64,000 bases of DNA. Origin: Lama guanicoe (taxonomy: Eukaryota). The notes under the pieces were generated by a model. That model saw nothing but the letters and a program-made list of their open reading frames with translations, was not told the DNA's origin and did no database searches. Below, piece after piece: positions 50,101-61,399 of the stretch (positions are counted from its first letter, which is position 1; every line of letters starts with the position of its first letter). The DNA lies in NCBI GenBank assembly GCA_013239625.1, contig MU053645.1:434001-498000 (forward strand), written 5' to 3'. Position numbers and translations under genes: made by a program.

Positions 50101-50870
50101 AAAAGAATCTAAAGAGAAATATATGTATGTATGTATATGTATAACTGAATCACTTTGCTGTACACCTGAAACTTACATTGTAAATCAACTACACTTCAAT
50201 AATTAAAAAAAACAGGGAAATATTAACAGCAATTATCTCATATATTTGTTATTAAAATTAAATGAGTTAACATGTGTAACACAGGTAGAATAATGCTTTA
50301 CAAATAATATTAAATAAGTGTTTCCTGTCAATTTAACTCTCACAAAATCTCTTGTAATAGTAACCATTTCCCGCATTTTATAATTCACATAACAGGCCAG
50401 TATTTGAACGCAGGAATTGTATGTTTTCAAAGTAAAGGGGGTAGGTTTTAAGATGAACTCAGATGAATAAACAGATGTGAAAACTATGGGTTTTAAAACT
50501 TGAGATGAGTTTTTTGGGTGTGAGAGTTTCCATAGGTGGTTGGACAATGGTAGCTGTATTAAAAATGTAAACAACTGTCATGTAGAAAAGGATTAGGCTT
50601 ATTCACTATTACTCAAGGGAGTAAAAGTTGTTGTGATGGCTAGGGTTATAATGAACACAGAAAGGGACTTTTCTAAAAGTCATCACTCTTCAACAATGGA
50701 AAGGACTGCCTTCTTTTTTTTTAAGAGTAAAGTAGGTTCCTTGTCATTGGACACATTCAAAGAAAATCAAAATGGCCATCTGTCATAATTGTTACAGAAA
50801 GGGTAATTTCATTGAGAAAGACGCTGGAAGGGATTACTTCAAAGAATCCTATGTACTCTCATATTCTTTA
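47200..50870 (+). mobile_element. L3/CR1 fragment split by nested MIR(-), MIR(+) and L1
   Basis: L3 at ~47200-47370 (ATTAGATTGCATCTGGAGTA..AAACTGAAGAGTACTCTGAAGAGGG) resumes at ~50470-50870 (CTGTCATGTAGAAAAGG..CAACAATGGAAAGGACTGCCTT..TTCCTTGTCATTGGA). Confidence 0.65.
47581..50212 (+). mobile_element. LINE-1 with a 5' inversion (47581-49235 antisense, 49236-50212 sense); cetartiodactyl-type 3'UTR
   Basis: Minus-strand ORF2 peptides: [41 protein letters not shown] (RT) and SLPRLNLEEIENMNRPI. Plus-strand: EMQIKTTIRYHFTPVR..KCWRGC, then 3'UTR and A-tail. The strand switches at GAGGCTTG|CTTAATATC. Confidence 0.95.
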
Positions 50871-52719
50871 ATTGAAAGATAATAGAAATAGAACAACACA
50901 TCCCATTTGCAATACCCAGAACCAAAACGTTGAAAGACAGAAAAATTCCTACTGAGAAACACACTTCTGCTGTTCTAGCTGGTGTCTGACAGCTGCTAGG
51001 TATTTAGCTGTGCATTTGTCCACAGAATATTAGGCTTGGATGAACTGGTATTTTGAAAATCCTAAGCAGTTTCTATGTTTCTATTATTATTGTTGTTATT
51101 GTTATTATTGTTATTTAATTAATTTAGTTTGAATTCAGCTCATGAAAATAGAGGTTATTTACTGTGCTTCAGCTGATACTCTGCTGATACATTTTAATGG
51201 ATATAAGCTCCTGAATGAGTATTTTAAAACATTTGATTGTCAGACCATTATCAAATTTGGTATAACTGTGATATGATTAAAAAGGCAGAGGACTTGCAAT
51301 TAATCAAGTAGAATCTTCCAGTCTGGAGCACCTTTCAAAGAATACTTACTAGGAGCATTTAAACTTGCTTGGTAGTGATGACAGAGGAGTGAGAGCCACT
51401 GAACTGAACCATCATTACTCCCCCATCTCCCTACATACATATTTAGGCCAGAGGGAATACTTGGATGCTCCTTTGGAGTACTAGCCCGAATGAATGTGGC
51501 AAGCTACATAAATGAGTCAGCTATTAATATCTCCATCAGTAGTGCCTGAGGATATGTGTGTGTGGTAGTAGCCTCAGAGAACCAGAAAATAGGGATTTTC
51601 TTTTCTCTGGAGACATAACTGTTGACTCATACTCATACTTCACTTAAAATTATTTTAAGCCAAACATCTACAATCAGTGATTGCCATCAAAGATTGACAA
51701 CAGCATTAAAACAAAACAAGTAGATACAGATTCTACACATGTCCCTTCCCTGTTGACTAGCAGGTCTCTGTCTTGTGGAAAGCTTTCAATGTTAATTTCA
51801 CCCATTCAACATTCACTAAATCCTTTACCTAGTCCTTCTGAACTTTGTTTTTGAAAGGATCACAGCCCATTTTACCTTGGACTTGAGCCTTATTCCAGAA
51901 GAAAGCCTCACTACTTAGAGGAGACATACTTAGCTTAAAAAGAATGGGCTTGCTTTAAATTCACACTATTGAATACTACTTTGGCTTGAGGTTTTGAAGT
52001 TTATTTATTAATTCAACAAACAATTGTATCTAGTAAGGAATTTTCAGAGATAAAATTGCCCATCTCTAGGTCTCCAGACAAGCCTCATCCAAAATGTTCT
52101 AAAACAATTTTGTGTCTCCAGAGCAATTACTTATGTGCTATGGGTACTGCATGTTTTCATTAAATACCTGTTGAGATTAGGTATATCTATGACATGTTTA
52201 GAAATCGTTTCCTTGGGAGCTAAAAAACAGTGATGGGAAAAGAAAAACTACAGTTATACCTTTATGGTGATACTGTGTTGAGGGATTTTGGACCCAATCA
52301 AATAAGTCTTGCTTTTAGGACATCTCCTGATCTTTCTAAAATGGGTAATAAAAGAACCTTCAAGTCTACTAAGTGCTTGAGAACACTGTCCTCACAAGCC
52401 AAAGCCATAGGTTCAATCCTAGGTCAGTTAGTGATGCTCGTTCTGTTTCATGGCCACAAACAATTTAGATTCAGAAGCAAAATCAGATTCATACTTTTAC
52501 CATTCCGTATTAAATGATGGTAGCTTTAGAAGATGCTTTGCAAATATGTTGTTGATTTTTAATAATTACCTTCAGTTTATGTCAAATAAATTTATTTTTT
52601 TGAAATACTCATTATTTTTAACAGTACACTTTCAATTGGCTTAGCATTTGGGGATAGCAATGTTCCCTCCTGGAGGAAAAAACGATCTCGTCTATTTACC
52701 TAAGGTCATAGGAGATGAA

Positions 52720-53175
52720 AGGTAGTACAACATGTGGTTAAGGGGATGACCTCTGGAATCAGACAAAAGTACATTTGAAATCCCATTTACGAGCTATAAG
52801 ATTTCAACCAAGTTAGTTAGCATCTCTAAGCCTAGATTTCATCATCAATAAAATGAGAATAGTAAGGAGGGTTTTTATGAAAATGTGACAAGCCATGTAA
52901 AGTGCTTTAGCACTGGATCTGGACATAATAAGTACTCCATTAATGGCTGCTATTACTGTTATTATTATAACGCATTGCATGTGGAGACTGGAATCATTAG
53001 ATCTCCATCGTTTACTGTGTGATCTGGTCCAAACTGCTTAACTTTTCAGAACCTTGGTTTCCTCATCTGTAACATAAGGATGATAGTAGTCCTCACTTAG
53101 ATTTGTAGTGAGGATTAAATGAGATGAAGAATATAAATCACTGAGCACATAGTAGGAGCTCTGTAATTATTAGCT
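52720..53175 (+). mobile_element. Two tandem MIR SINEs
   Basis: Two successive MIR cores: GTGGTTAAG..CTCTGGAATCAGAC..TAAAGTGCT and GGTTTCCTCATCTGTAA..GTGAGGATTAAATGAGAT. Confidence 0.85.
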
Positions 53176-53349
53176 TAAAGAAAACAACAGCAAAACCAAG
53201 AATCTCTTCCTTTAAATGAGGCCTCTTTCAAAATGATCTGGTAACTGAATTTAAGTCATACAGTTGATCAAGTGCTGGATTTCCACAACAATATTATCTG
53301 TGAGGTCAACAAACACTTTTCTCTATATCTGAGTGATACAGACCTAAGT

Positions 53350-53960
53350 TCTCATATCCTAGGTGGGTAAACTCATTTAGTCTCATGCCCTTATTCAGAG
53401 GACTCCTAAATCTGTATTTCCTGCCCTGATTTCTCCTCTGAGTTCCAAAAGCATACTTTTGCCTATCTCCTTTACATCTTCACCTAGAGGTCTACTATGC
53501 ATCTCAAAATTAATATGGCTTTAAAAATAAAACTTCATCACATACTTAGCCAAAAATCTTTACTCCTTTCTTCTTCTCACTTCTAAGTCTTTTTGAACCT
53601 ACAACTAAAGCATATTTTCAATATATTTATTACTTTCTCTCTCAACTGTCCCAGCTCTCAGCCAAGCCTCCATCATCTCTCACCTGGAAAACTATGAAAG
53701 CATCTTAATTGGCTTTTGTGTTTCTATGCTAGGCCTTCATATCTTTGCCTTAATCTTTTATTAAATGAGGCAACTCTGTGCAGGTGAGGCAGTCCCTGAA
53801 TGGCTTAAAAGCTGAAGGCTGTCTATTGACACACTTCCAGTAGTTGGGGCAGCAAGTCCCTTGTTGATGGGGAATCTGGAAGTGCAATTTCACATTCATC
53901 ACAATTGATATCCTAATTGAAAGCCCTTACCCAGATGGTTTCAGGATAAAAACGTGTAAT
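53350..53960 (+). mobile_element. L2 fragment containing an LTR16-like ERVL LTR piece (~53760-53903)
   Basis: L2: GACTCCTAAATCTGTATTTC..CCAAGCCTCCATCATCTCTCACCTGGA. LTR piece: GCTGAAGGCTGTCT..TTGGGGCAGCAAGTCC..GGGGAATCTGG. Confidence 0.65.
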
Positions 53961-54333
53961 GCTCTGCTATTCCCTTACCATTGCAGAACATATAGATTTT
54001 ACAAAGTTTTTATACCTTACGAAAAGGTGTATCTTTTATATCTTATGCCATTTGAATTTTCTCAATGGCTCTGTAATATAAACATTTCTATTCCAATTTT
54101 TTACATAAAGAAACTGGATCAGAAAGTTTGTGGAGGGACTCAAAGTCACACAGGTAATAACTGGTGAAAAGGGGACTTAAATCCTTGGTTTGACTCTAAA
54201 CACCATCATTCTTTCTACTATGCTTCACTACCTCCCTAACCAGAGAGTTCAGTTAAACAGAAAACTCCCATTTCCCACCATGCTTCTTAGCTAAGGCCTC
54301 TCATACTCTGTTTTTCTATTTGTTCTTTCTGCA

Positions 54334-54336
<3 letters not shown>

Positions 54337-54366
<30 letters not shown>
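54337..54366. repeat. (GT)15 microsatellite
   Basis: Read directly. Confidence 0.95.
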
Positions 54367-54368
<2 letters not shown>

Positions 54369-55309
54369 TTTTTTTTTACTAGAAGTGTACTTAAAACACT
54401 TAATACATGTATTAAGAAAATGCAATCTCCAAAGTAATCAGGTTAAGGCCTTCTTGGAAACACTTGTCTAGTTAATAGTATTTTTGGATGGTATCTTTAA
54501 AAAAATCAGTTTTTCCTTATGAAAATTACTTAATGATAATGCCCTAAGTAGGTGCTTATCCACAGGGAAGTAGTTGTGACTGAATCTAATCCCTATCAGA
54601 TAATCCATTAAAAAGAGCTTTAAAATGCCTTTGTATGCTAAGCACATGCTGAAGACAAACTTCCATATTCAGCAACCCTGTATTTATAATTCACATATGG
54701 TAGGTAAGACTGGCAAGTAAGCTTCAAAGAACTTGTTCAGTGTCAATGCCCAAAGCCTTGCCAGCTGATTTGAGAGGATGTTCAAACCTTGTTAGTCAGC
54801 CTGTGCACCTGTCAGAAGAATTATGTGGAGTTGTAGGTGACAGGTCATTTGCAAGAAACAGCTATTGCTAATTATGACAAGGTCAGGATGATAATATCTT
54901 TCTGAATTTGAGAAGATATTAAGAATAAGGAAAATGCTTTAGAATAGAATGAGACCCAAAATCAAACACCACATCTGAAGAAAGGAGCTTGTTGGTTTCA
55001 TATGAGATACATGATGCTCTGGGTCCAAAGAAGCAAGTTCTCAGAATTGGGTAGCTGCTTCTTGAGGTGGTCAATGGCGACGTAGGGCCCTGCTCACTTG
55101 CCCCTATGACCCTCTTGTTTTCAGGGGTGTATCATCCTGACTCCTTCATTAATAGCCAAAGTGTGCTAGAGCCACCTTTAGTTACAATCCTCTTACAGAG
55201 GTGGCCATTCAATGTGTGCAGAGAGTTTCCTTGGCTGCTTGCCTCAGATGGGGGATGAAAAGAGGGGTGTTACAAAGGTAATGATAAAGTCCCAAAGATA
55301 CACATTTGC

Positions 55310-55545
55310 AAATAATAACAGCCACCATATAATAAGTGCTTGCTATTCCAGGAACTGTATCAAGTATTTGACATATATTATCTATTTTAATCTTCACAAC
55401 AGTCTTGGAAGATAGGTAACAGAATTATCCCCATTTTACATATGAGGAAACAGAGAGGTCATGTGCTCAGGATCACATAGCAAGTGGCAGTGCCACTGGA
55501 ACCCAGGTCTGTAACTCCCAAGTCCATACCCTTAATCATTCTTAA
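55310..55545 (-). mobile_element. MIR SINE
   Basis: TTTAATCTTCACAACAG..ATTATCCCCATTTTACATATGAGGAAAC..GATCACATAGCAAGTGGCAG..GAACCCAGGTCTG. Confidence 0.9.
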
Positions 55546-55599
55546 CATAATAACAATAGTATTATAATTATTCTTATTAATACTTCTTATAATAATTTA

Positions 55600-56680
55600 T
55601 TTCATAGGACCAAAAATATGAATCATAAAAAGAAAACCGATAAATTGGTCTTCATAAATAGTAAACGTTTCTACTCTTCAAAATGAACTATCAAGAAAAT
55701 AAAAAGGCAAGCCACAGGCCAGGATAAAATATTTTCAACATCTATTATCTGACAAAGGAATATTATTCAATTTATAGAAAGAACTCCTCCAACTCAATAA
55801 CAAACAAACTAACCACCCAATAAAAATGTGCAAAAGACTTGTACAGATCTTTCACAAAAGAAAATACAGGAATGATTAATAAGTACATTAAAAGAAGCTC
55901 AGCATCATTAGTCATCAGGGAAATGCAAATTGAAACCACAATGAGATACCACTTTACACCTATTATAATAGCTACAATTTAAGAGACATAATATCAACTG
56001 TTGGTTGGAAAGTGGAGCAATTGTAACCCTCATCCACTGCTGGTGGAACTGTAAAATGTTACAACTTTTCTAAAAACAATTGTACTATTTATTATAAAGG
56101 AAAATATGCATTTATTCCATGATCTAGAAATTCCACTCTTAGGTATTTACCTAAGAGAAATAAAAATGTGTGTTAAAAAAGGTACGTTCACAGAAAGACT
56201 TGTATTTAAAGGTCCACAGTAGCATAATTCATAATACTAGAAAGAGCTTAAATGCTCATGAGCTGCTCAACTGATAAAACTTGTGTTATGTTCATGTAAT
56301 AATAATAATAAATAAAAGCTGCTGATACTCATGAAAACACGGATAGAGTTCACAGACTCTCTGCTAAGCAAAGACAAATGCCAAGGAGTATATTCCACAT
56401 AGTTCCACTTACAGAAGTTCTAGAACATATAAAATTAATCTACAGTTTACAATGAAAGAAGAAAAAAAAAGATCAGTGGTTGCCTGGGGCAAGGATAGGG
56501 GAGGTATGGGAGATTTACCACAAAGGAGCACAAAGGAACTTTTGAAGGAGATGGAAATATTTTCTACCTCCATTGGAACAGTGGTCACACAGGTGTTTAT
56601 ATTTATCAAACAGCAGTAATCTGTACATTTAAAACATGTATATTTTCTTATATATAAATTATACTTTAATAAAGAAAGAT
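55600..56680 (+). mobile_element. Old L1 (L1ME-like) ORF2 end and 3'UTR
   Basis: ATCTGACAAAGGA..CATCATTAGTCATCAGGGAAATGCAAATTGAAACCACAATGAGATACCAC...GATCAGTGGTTGCCTGGGG...AAATTATACTTTAATAAAG. Confidence 0.9.
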
Positions 56681-57511
56681 TTAATAATTATTTTAAAGGA
56701 AAAATGCCTTTAAGAGATACCAAATTGAAAGAAATTTTGGCTCAATAAGTCAACAAAATAAGTCACTGTTGTTAAGATGGTACCCAAGAATCGGTCTTCT
56801 ATTCTAATAACCAAATCCAACCCACCAGCTAGGGAAGTACTTGTTACATAAAGACAGATATGTGATAGATTCTATTCTTATCTGTATTCCCACGGATGGT
56901 GGCTTCACTTTTCCCACTGGGAGCTATTACCAAAAGCAGCTACAGATGGGCAGAGAGTCCAGGAATTTCTCCTGCTGCCAGCTCTCACAGGATATACAAT
57001 GTCTCCCCCAGGGTCCTTCTTGTTTCTTTTAAAGCTCATAGGTACCCTGGAAGTTGGAGAGATGAGTGTGTCTCTGAGCACATAGCTCAAGGAAGTCCAT
57101 AATCAGGTCCCTCTGAAGGCACTAGTCCTACAGAGATCAAAGAACACATGCAAAGGACTTGATCTTGCATTAAGCCAACAACCTTGCTTATCCACACAAT
57201 TATTTTATTCTGTACCCAGATGCTGGGCATTGGGCTTCTGACACTCTTGGTTCAGGATGAAACCTCAAACTCTCTGAGGGGGTGCTCTTAGGAGTTTAAG
57301 CATGGAACCCATTAATCTCTCCTGGCAATATCTGAACCAAGGCCCCAAAGTTCTCTTAGTTCTTCCTGTTAAGCATTGAGGCACAGTCACAGATATCCTA
57401 CCATTTTCAAGATTTGAGATACAAACTAAAATTCAATTATGGTCCTAATTTTAAGCTCACAGTCCCTAAAGAATAAAAGAAACCCTGGGTAAAAGGCATA
57501 ATCAGAGTTCA

Positions 57512-58030
57512 TCATTTTCATAGCTGAGTAGTATTCCATCATGTGTGTACACATATATGTATGTGTGTGTGTATCTTCTTTATCCATTCACTTGTCAGTG
57601 GGCATTTAGGTTGTTTTCATGTCTTGCCTATTGTAAATAATGCTGCAATGAATGTAGGGGTGCATGTATCTTTTTTAATTAGTGTTTTGGTATTCAGAAG
57701 TTGAGGGTCTTATGCTAAGTGAAATAAGTCAGATGGAGAAAGATACTCAATGACTTCACTCAAATGTGAAATATAAAAAAAAAACCATAATGAACAAGCC
57801 AAACCAACCAAAAGTGAACACACAGACACAGAGAACAGAGTAATGGTTACTAGAGGGTAAGGGTAGTTGGGAGAGGGTGAAATAGGAAAAGGGGGTCAAC
57901 TCTATGGTAACAAATGGAAACTAAACTTTTGGTGGTGAGCATGCTTTAGTGTGTACAGAAGTTAAAATACAATATTGTGCACATGAAACACATATAATGT
58001 TATAAACCAATGTTACCTCAATTACAAAAG
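57512..58030 (+). mobile_element. Short L1 with a 5' inversion (57512-57695 antisense, ~57696-58030 sense) and an 18-21-bp TSD
   Basis: Antisense TAGCTGAGTAGTATTCCAT..TTGTAAATAATGCTGCAATGAA, then sense TTATGCTAAGTGAAATAAGTCAGA..ACCAATGTTACCTCAAT. TSD AGGCATAATCAGAGTTCA at 57494-57511 and 58031-58048. Confidence 0.92.
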
Positions 58031-58489
58031 AGGCATAATCAGAGTTCAGTGGAGTTGATCAATTGAAGGGCATTGCTTTGTCCTTATGACTCATAGAGGC
58101 AACTAGAATAGAATGTCCATTGTATGGAGTGTGACATGTAAGATCTGGGCATATACAAGCTCTCTGAAAAGTAAAGAAACAGGAAAAATATTCCACTTCT
58201 GAATTGTACTTTTTCACATTGGTGGTTGTTCCAACGACTTACATTTAGTGGCACTTTGCCAGCAAAACATTTGAATGTTGAAGGAAAACTTGTTTAAATA
58301 TACGGATCCCTTATGTTTCCAGAATTTTCAAACATTCTATGTATTAGGCAATTCCTTAAGATTTGGGTTATTTTAGCATAGTTGAATAAACCTACAATTC
58401 AGGTAGCTGCCGTCATACAGTGGTACAGCTATGGGTTATCCAACTAATTCTCGCTCTTCACTTTCTGGCAGACATGGATCTCTAAGATA

Positions 58490-58710
58490 AGCTATAGATA
58501 ACCATATCGAATTTTTCTTTCCTGTCCACATATACTCTCTATTAAAGCTAATTCTACAACTCTGATATTTAGATGGCACGAATCTATCAAAAGAAAATCA
58601 TAGCCAAAATACTTCAAATCAAAAGAACACCTACTACAATAAAAGAGACTATTATCAATCCTAATTATCTTAATCACATACTACTAATCGCAACCCCGCC
58701 ATCTAATTAG
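58490..58710 (-). pseudogene. Possible highly diverged mitochondrial insertion (ND6-like numt)
   Basis: Plus strand 58501-58710 has 16 G vs 50 C. A minus-strand frame with TGA=W and ATA=M reads GGVAISSMWL(AGA)*LGLMMVSFIVVGVLLIWSILAM, loosely like ND6 GGV..LGLMVFLIYLGG..AM. Confidence 0.25.
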
Positions 58711-59049
58711 AACTCACTTTGAACCATTTCAGCTTTAAAATGTTATCCTAGGTCTTGGCCTGGGCACAAGTGCTATTTCCCTCCTGCCTGAACTGTTGGC
58801 TCTGATTGAGGCTGTGGGGCATCAAGGTTGGCATGAAGCTGGTCACTTTAGGCACCGAAACCTCTTAATCACTCGCTAACTATAATTACTCCCTGCTAAG
58901 ACTTTATCTATTCTGAACTCACAGGCTGTTCTCATTTCAGTTTAAACTTCTGGTATTCTTCCTGGGCAGAGAATGGAAAAAGAATATCTTCACCCTCCTC
59001 AGGTTCCGTGCACTTAAAAGACGAAAATCTGAAACTTTACAAAGCCAGC

Positions 59050-59135
59050 TATGTATAAGCTATATATGTATATACACACACACATATATATATGTACACA
59101 CACACACATATATATATATATATACATACATACAT
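59050..59135. repeat. Compound (TA)/(CA)/(TACA) microsatellite
   Basis: Read directly. Confidence 0.9.
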
Positions 59136-59342
59136 GATTGTTCCTGTACCAGGAAAAAGTAATAAAGTTGGAAAAGAAACACTTATTTTTCTTCCATTTG
59201 ACTTTTACTTTTCACCCCCTAAGAGGACTTCTAGTTTTAAGAGGAAATGTAATTCCCACAACAAAGTTATCAAGAAATTCTGGTACTTTCTTATTATATA
59301 AAATATTTCATGCATTTATTTATTGAGGAATATGACACTGTG

Positions 59343-59441
59343 GATGCAGTGAGTGTAAGATGCAGTGTGTGTGATGCAGTGAGTCTGTGATGCACTGAAT
59401 GTGAGATGCAGTGCGTGTGATGCAGTGCGGGAGATGCAGTG
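59343..59441. repeat. Minisatellite: 7 copies of GATGCA(G/C)TG at 14/16-nt period
   Basis: Cores start at 59343, 59359, 59373, 59389, 59405, 59419 and 59433, with 5- or 7-nt GT-rich spacers. Confidence 0.9.
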
Positions 59442-59584
59442 CAGGAAATACATATAGAATGATTGTTCCTGTACCAGGAAACAAAAAGCCTCTTTGGGGG
59501 AACTCTTTGTGATTACCCTTCATTCATTCATATCCTCTCCTCTTTCTCTCTCCCTCCCTCCCTGCCTCTCTCTCTCTCTGACAT

Positions 59585-59715
59585 TTAACAAATTGTAATT
59601 GTGGTAAAATATACATAATATGAAATTAACCATTTAAGTGTACAATTCAGTGGTATTAAGTACATTCAAAATGTGCAATTATCACCACTATCCATTTCCA
59701 GAACTTTTCAAACTA
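59585..59715 (-). mobile_element. L1MB/MA 3' terminal fragment
   Basis: TAATTGTGGTAAAATATACATAA..TTTAAGTGTACAATTCAGTGGTATTAAGTACATTCA..ATCACCACTATCCATTTCCAGAAC. Confidence 0.9.
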
Positions 59716-60470
59716 TCCCTCTTTTAATAAATGATATCAATAGTGATCTCCTTGCTTAAAGCCTCTAATTTCTGCCCAGCTAATTTGCTATGATTAACTG
59801 GCTTTTAAAGAGAGCTATCCATCAAGCCCTCCTTATTTCACTTGTTTTTCCTTTCTAGAACTTTTAAAAATATTTTGAGCATACAGAATCAAATCATTTT
59901 TAAGAAGTTGCTCAGAATAGCAGTTTACTCACAGAGGGATTATGGCACAAAGGGTGTGATATTCTCCTATAATTTGGAGGATGAGGTTTCAGAACAGATT
60001 CTAAAGAGGAATTGAGTTTCTCTCTATTGAACTCTGCCTTTATTTCAGGAAGTTGCCACTACGTAATTTGTGGTGAATCATCAGGCTAGAATAGCAAGCA
60101 TGGCAGCTTGGATTTTCTTAGACATAGACAAATTAACAAAAAAACTAGTATACTCCACACTATATGTTCATTTATGTTTATCTTTAAGATGACTTTAATA
60201 AATTAGTTGTAGTCATAAATATTTTAAAGATAATTAAGTTAGCCATGCAATTCCACAAAGAAAAAGTGGGAAAAATATATAGAGGTCTGTGAAAGCCTTC
60301 TAATGTTTGCTTTGGTTGTCCCACTTCCATCAACAGGTTATTTCAGTAATTTTTAAAATAACTTTGACCTTATCTATCCTGGATTATCTGTTTTTAACCA
60401 ATTACATTTCAAAGTTTAAATGTCCCATTAACACCTTCTTGCTCTGTACTAGAAATCAGAAATAGTTAAG

Positions 60471-60805
60471 GATGAATAGATGGAGCACAAGGAATTTTTA
60501 GGGCAATGAAATTATTCTGTATAACACTATAGTGGTGGCTACATGTCATTACGCATTTGTCAAGGCCCATAGAATGTACAACATCAAGACTGAACCGTAA
60601 TGTACACTATGGACTTTGGTTGATAATAATGTGCCCATGTTGTTCATCGATTGTACCAAATATGCCACACTGATGAGGGATGTTGAGGGTAGGGGAGTAT
60701 ATAAGTGTGGGTGGGGAGGGCTATGTGCGAACTCTCTTTATTTTCTGTTCAATTCTGCTGTGAACCTGAAACTGCCCTAAAAGAATAAAGTCTATTAAAA
60801 AAAAA
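60471..60805 (+). mobile_element. L1MC1-like 3' end with A-tail and a 13-bp TSD
   Basis: GGAGCACAAGGAATTTTTAGGGCAATGAAA..CCCATAGAATGTACAAC..GCTGTGAACCTGAAACTGC..AATAAAGTCTATTAAAAAAA. TSD AGAAATAGT(T/C)AAG at 60458-60470 and 60806-60818. Confidence 0.9.
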
Positions 60806-61399
60806 AGAAATAGTCAAGTCAGAAACATTAATTCTCCAGCCTTTTTGCTTCCTGCCTGAAAAATAACCCATTTCTGCTTAGCCTTCGATTTGAAGTTCTA
60901 CTTTATTTTCCCACTTACTCTTTCCTTCATTCCAGTTTCCAAGCTGCCATTTAAAGTGGAGGCATGATTGTCCTTAGTTGTTTCAAAAATTCTTTCAGGA
61001 CTGCTTTATTTTGGTGAATAAAAAATCTTTGACATTTTAAAGCTTGATTACTTAAAGGAGACATACTGTACCATTTTGTAACAAAGACAAACTTGGCCTA
61101 AGTTAAATTACATGGGAAGATATCCATACCCAGTGTATTGGCTTTATTTTATAATTTACCTTACTCTTAAAAGGGTATAGGATGAAAGTAGTACAAATGT
61201 AAATTAAATAAGCACATAACAGGCTTCTCCTCCTGAACCCATGGATCAGAGTGCTGTCCTTAAATTAACCATATCCTGTCATTTCTTCACAGCTTAACAG
61301 TTCCCTTATAAAGCTTTATTTGTCTAATCCAGCTTGCAAAGGTCTCTTATTTCCCTGAACTCCTACAGCAGTTACATGGGCTCTTTCCCTTTTAAACCA

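Noticed and set aside
58570..58612. Olfactory-receptor-like ILAM..FDRFV motif on the minus strand
   Set aside because: It needs two frameshifts and is not followed by the CxPLxY motif or any other OR segment.
59343..59441. CRISPR-like repeat-spacer array
   Set aside because: Repeats are 9 nt and spacers 5-7 nt and mutually related; the context is eukaryotic with no cas genes.
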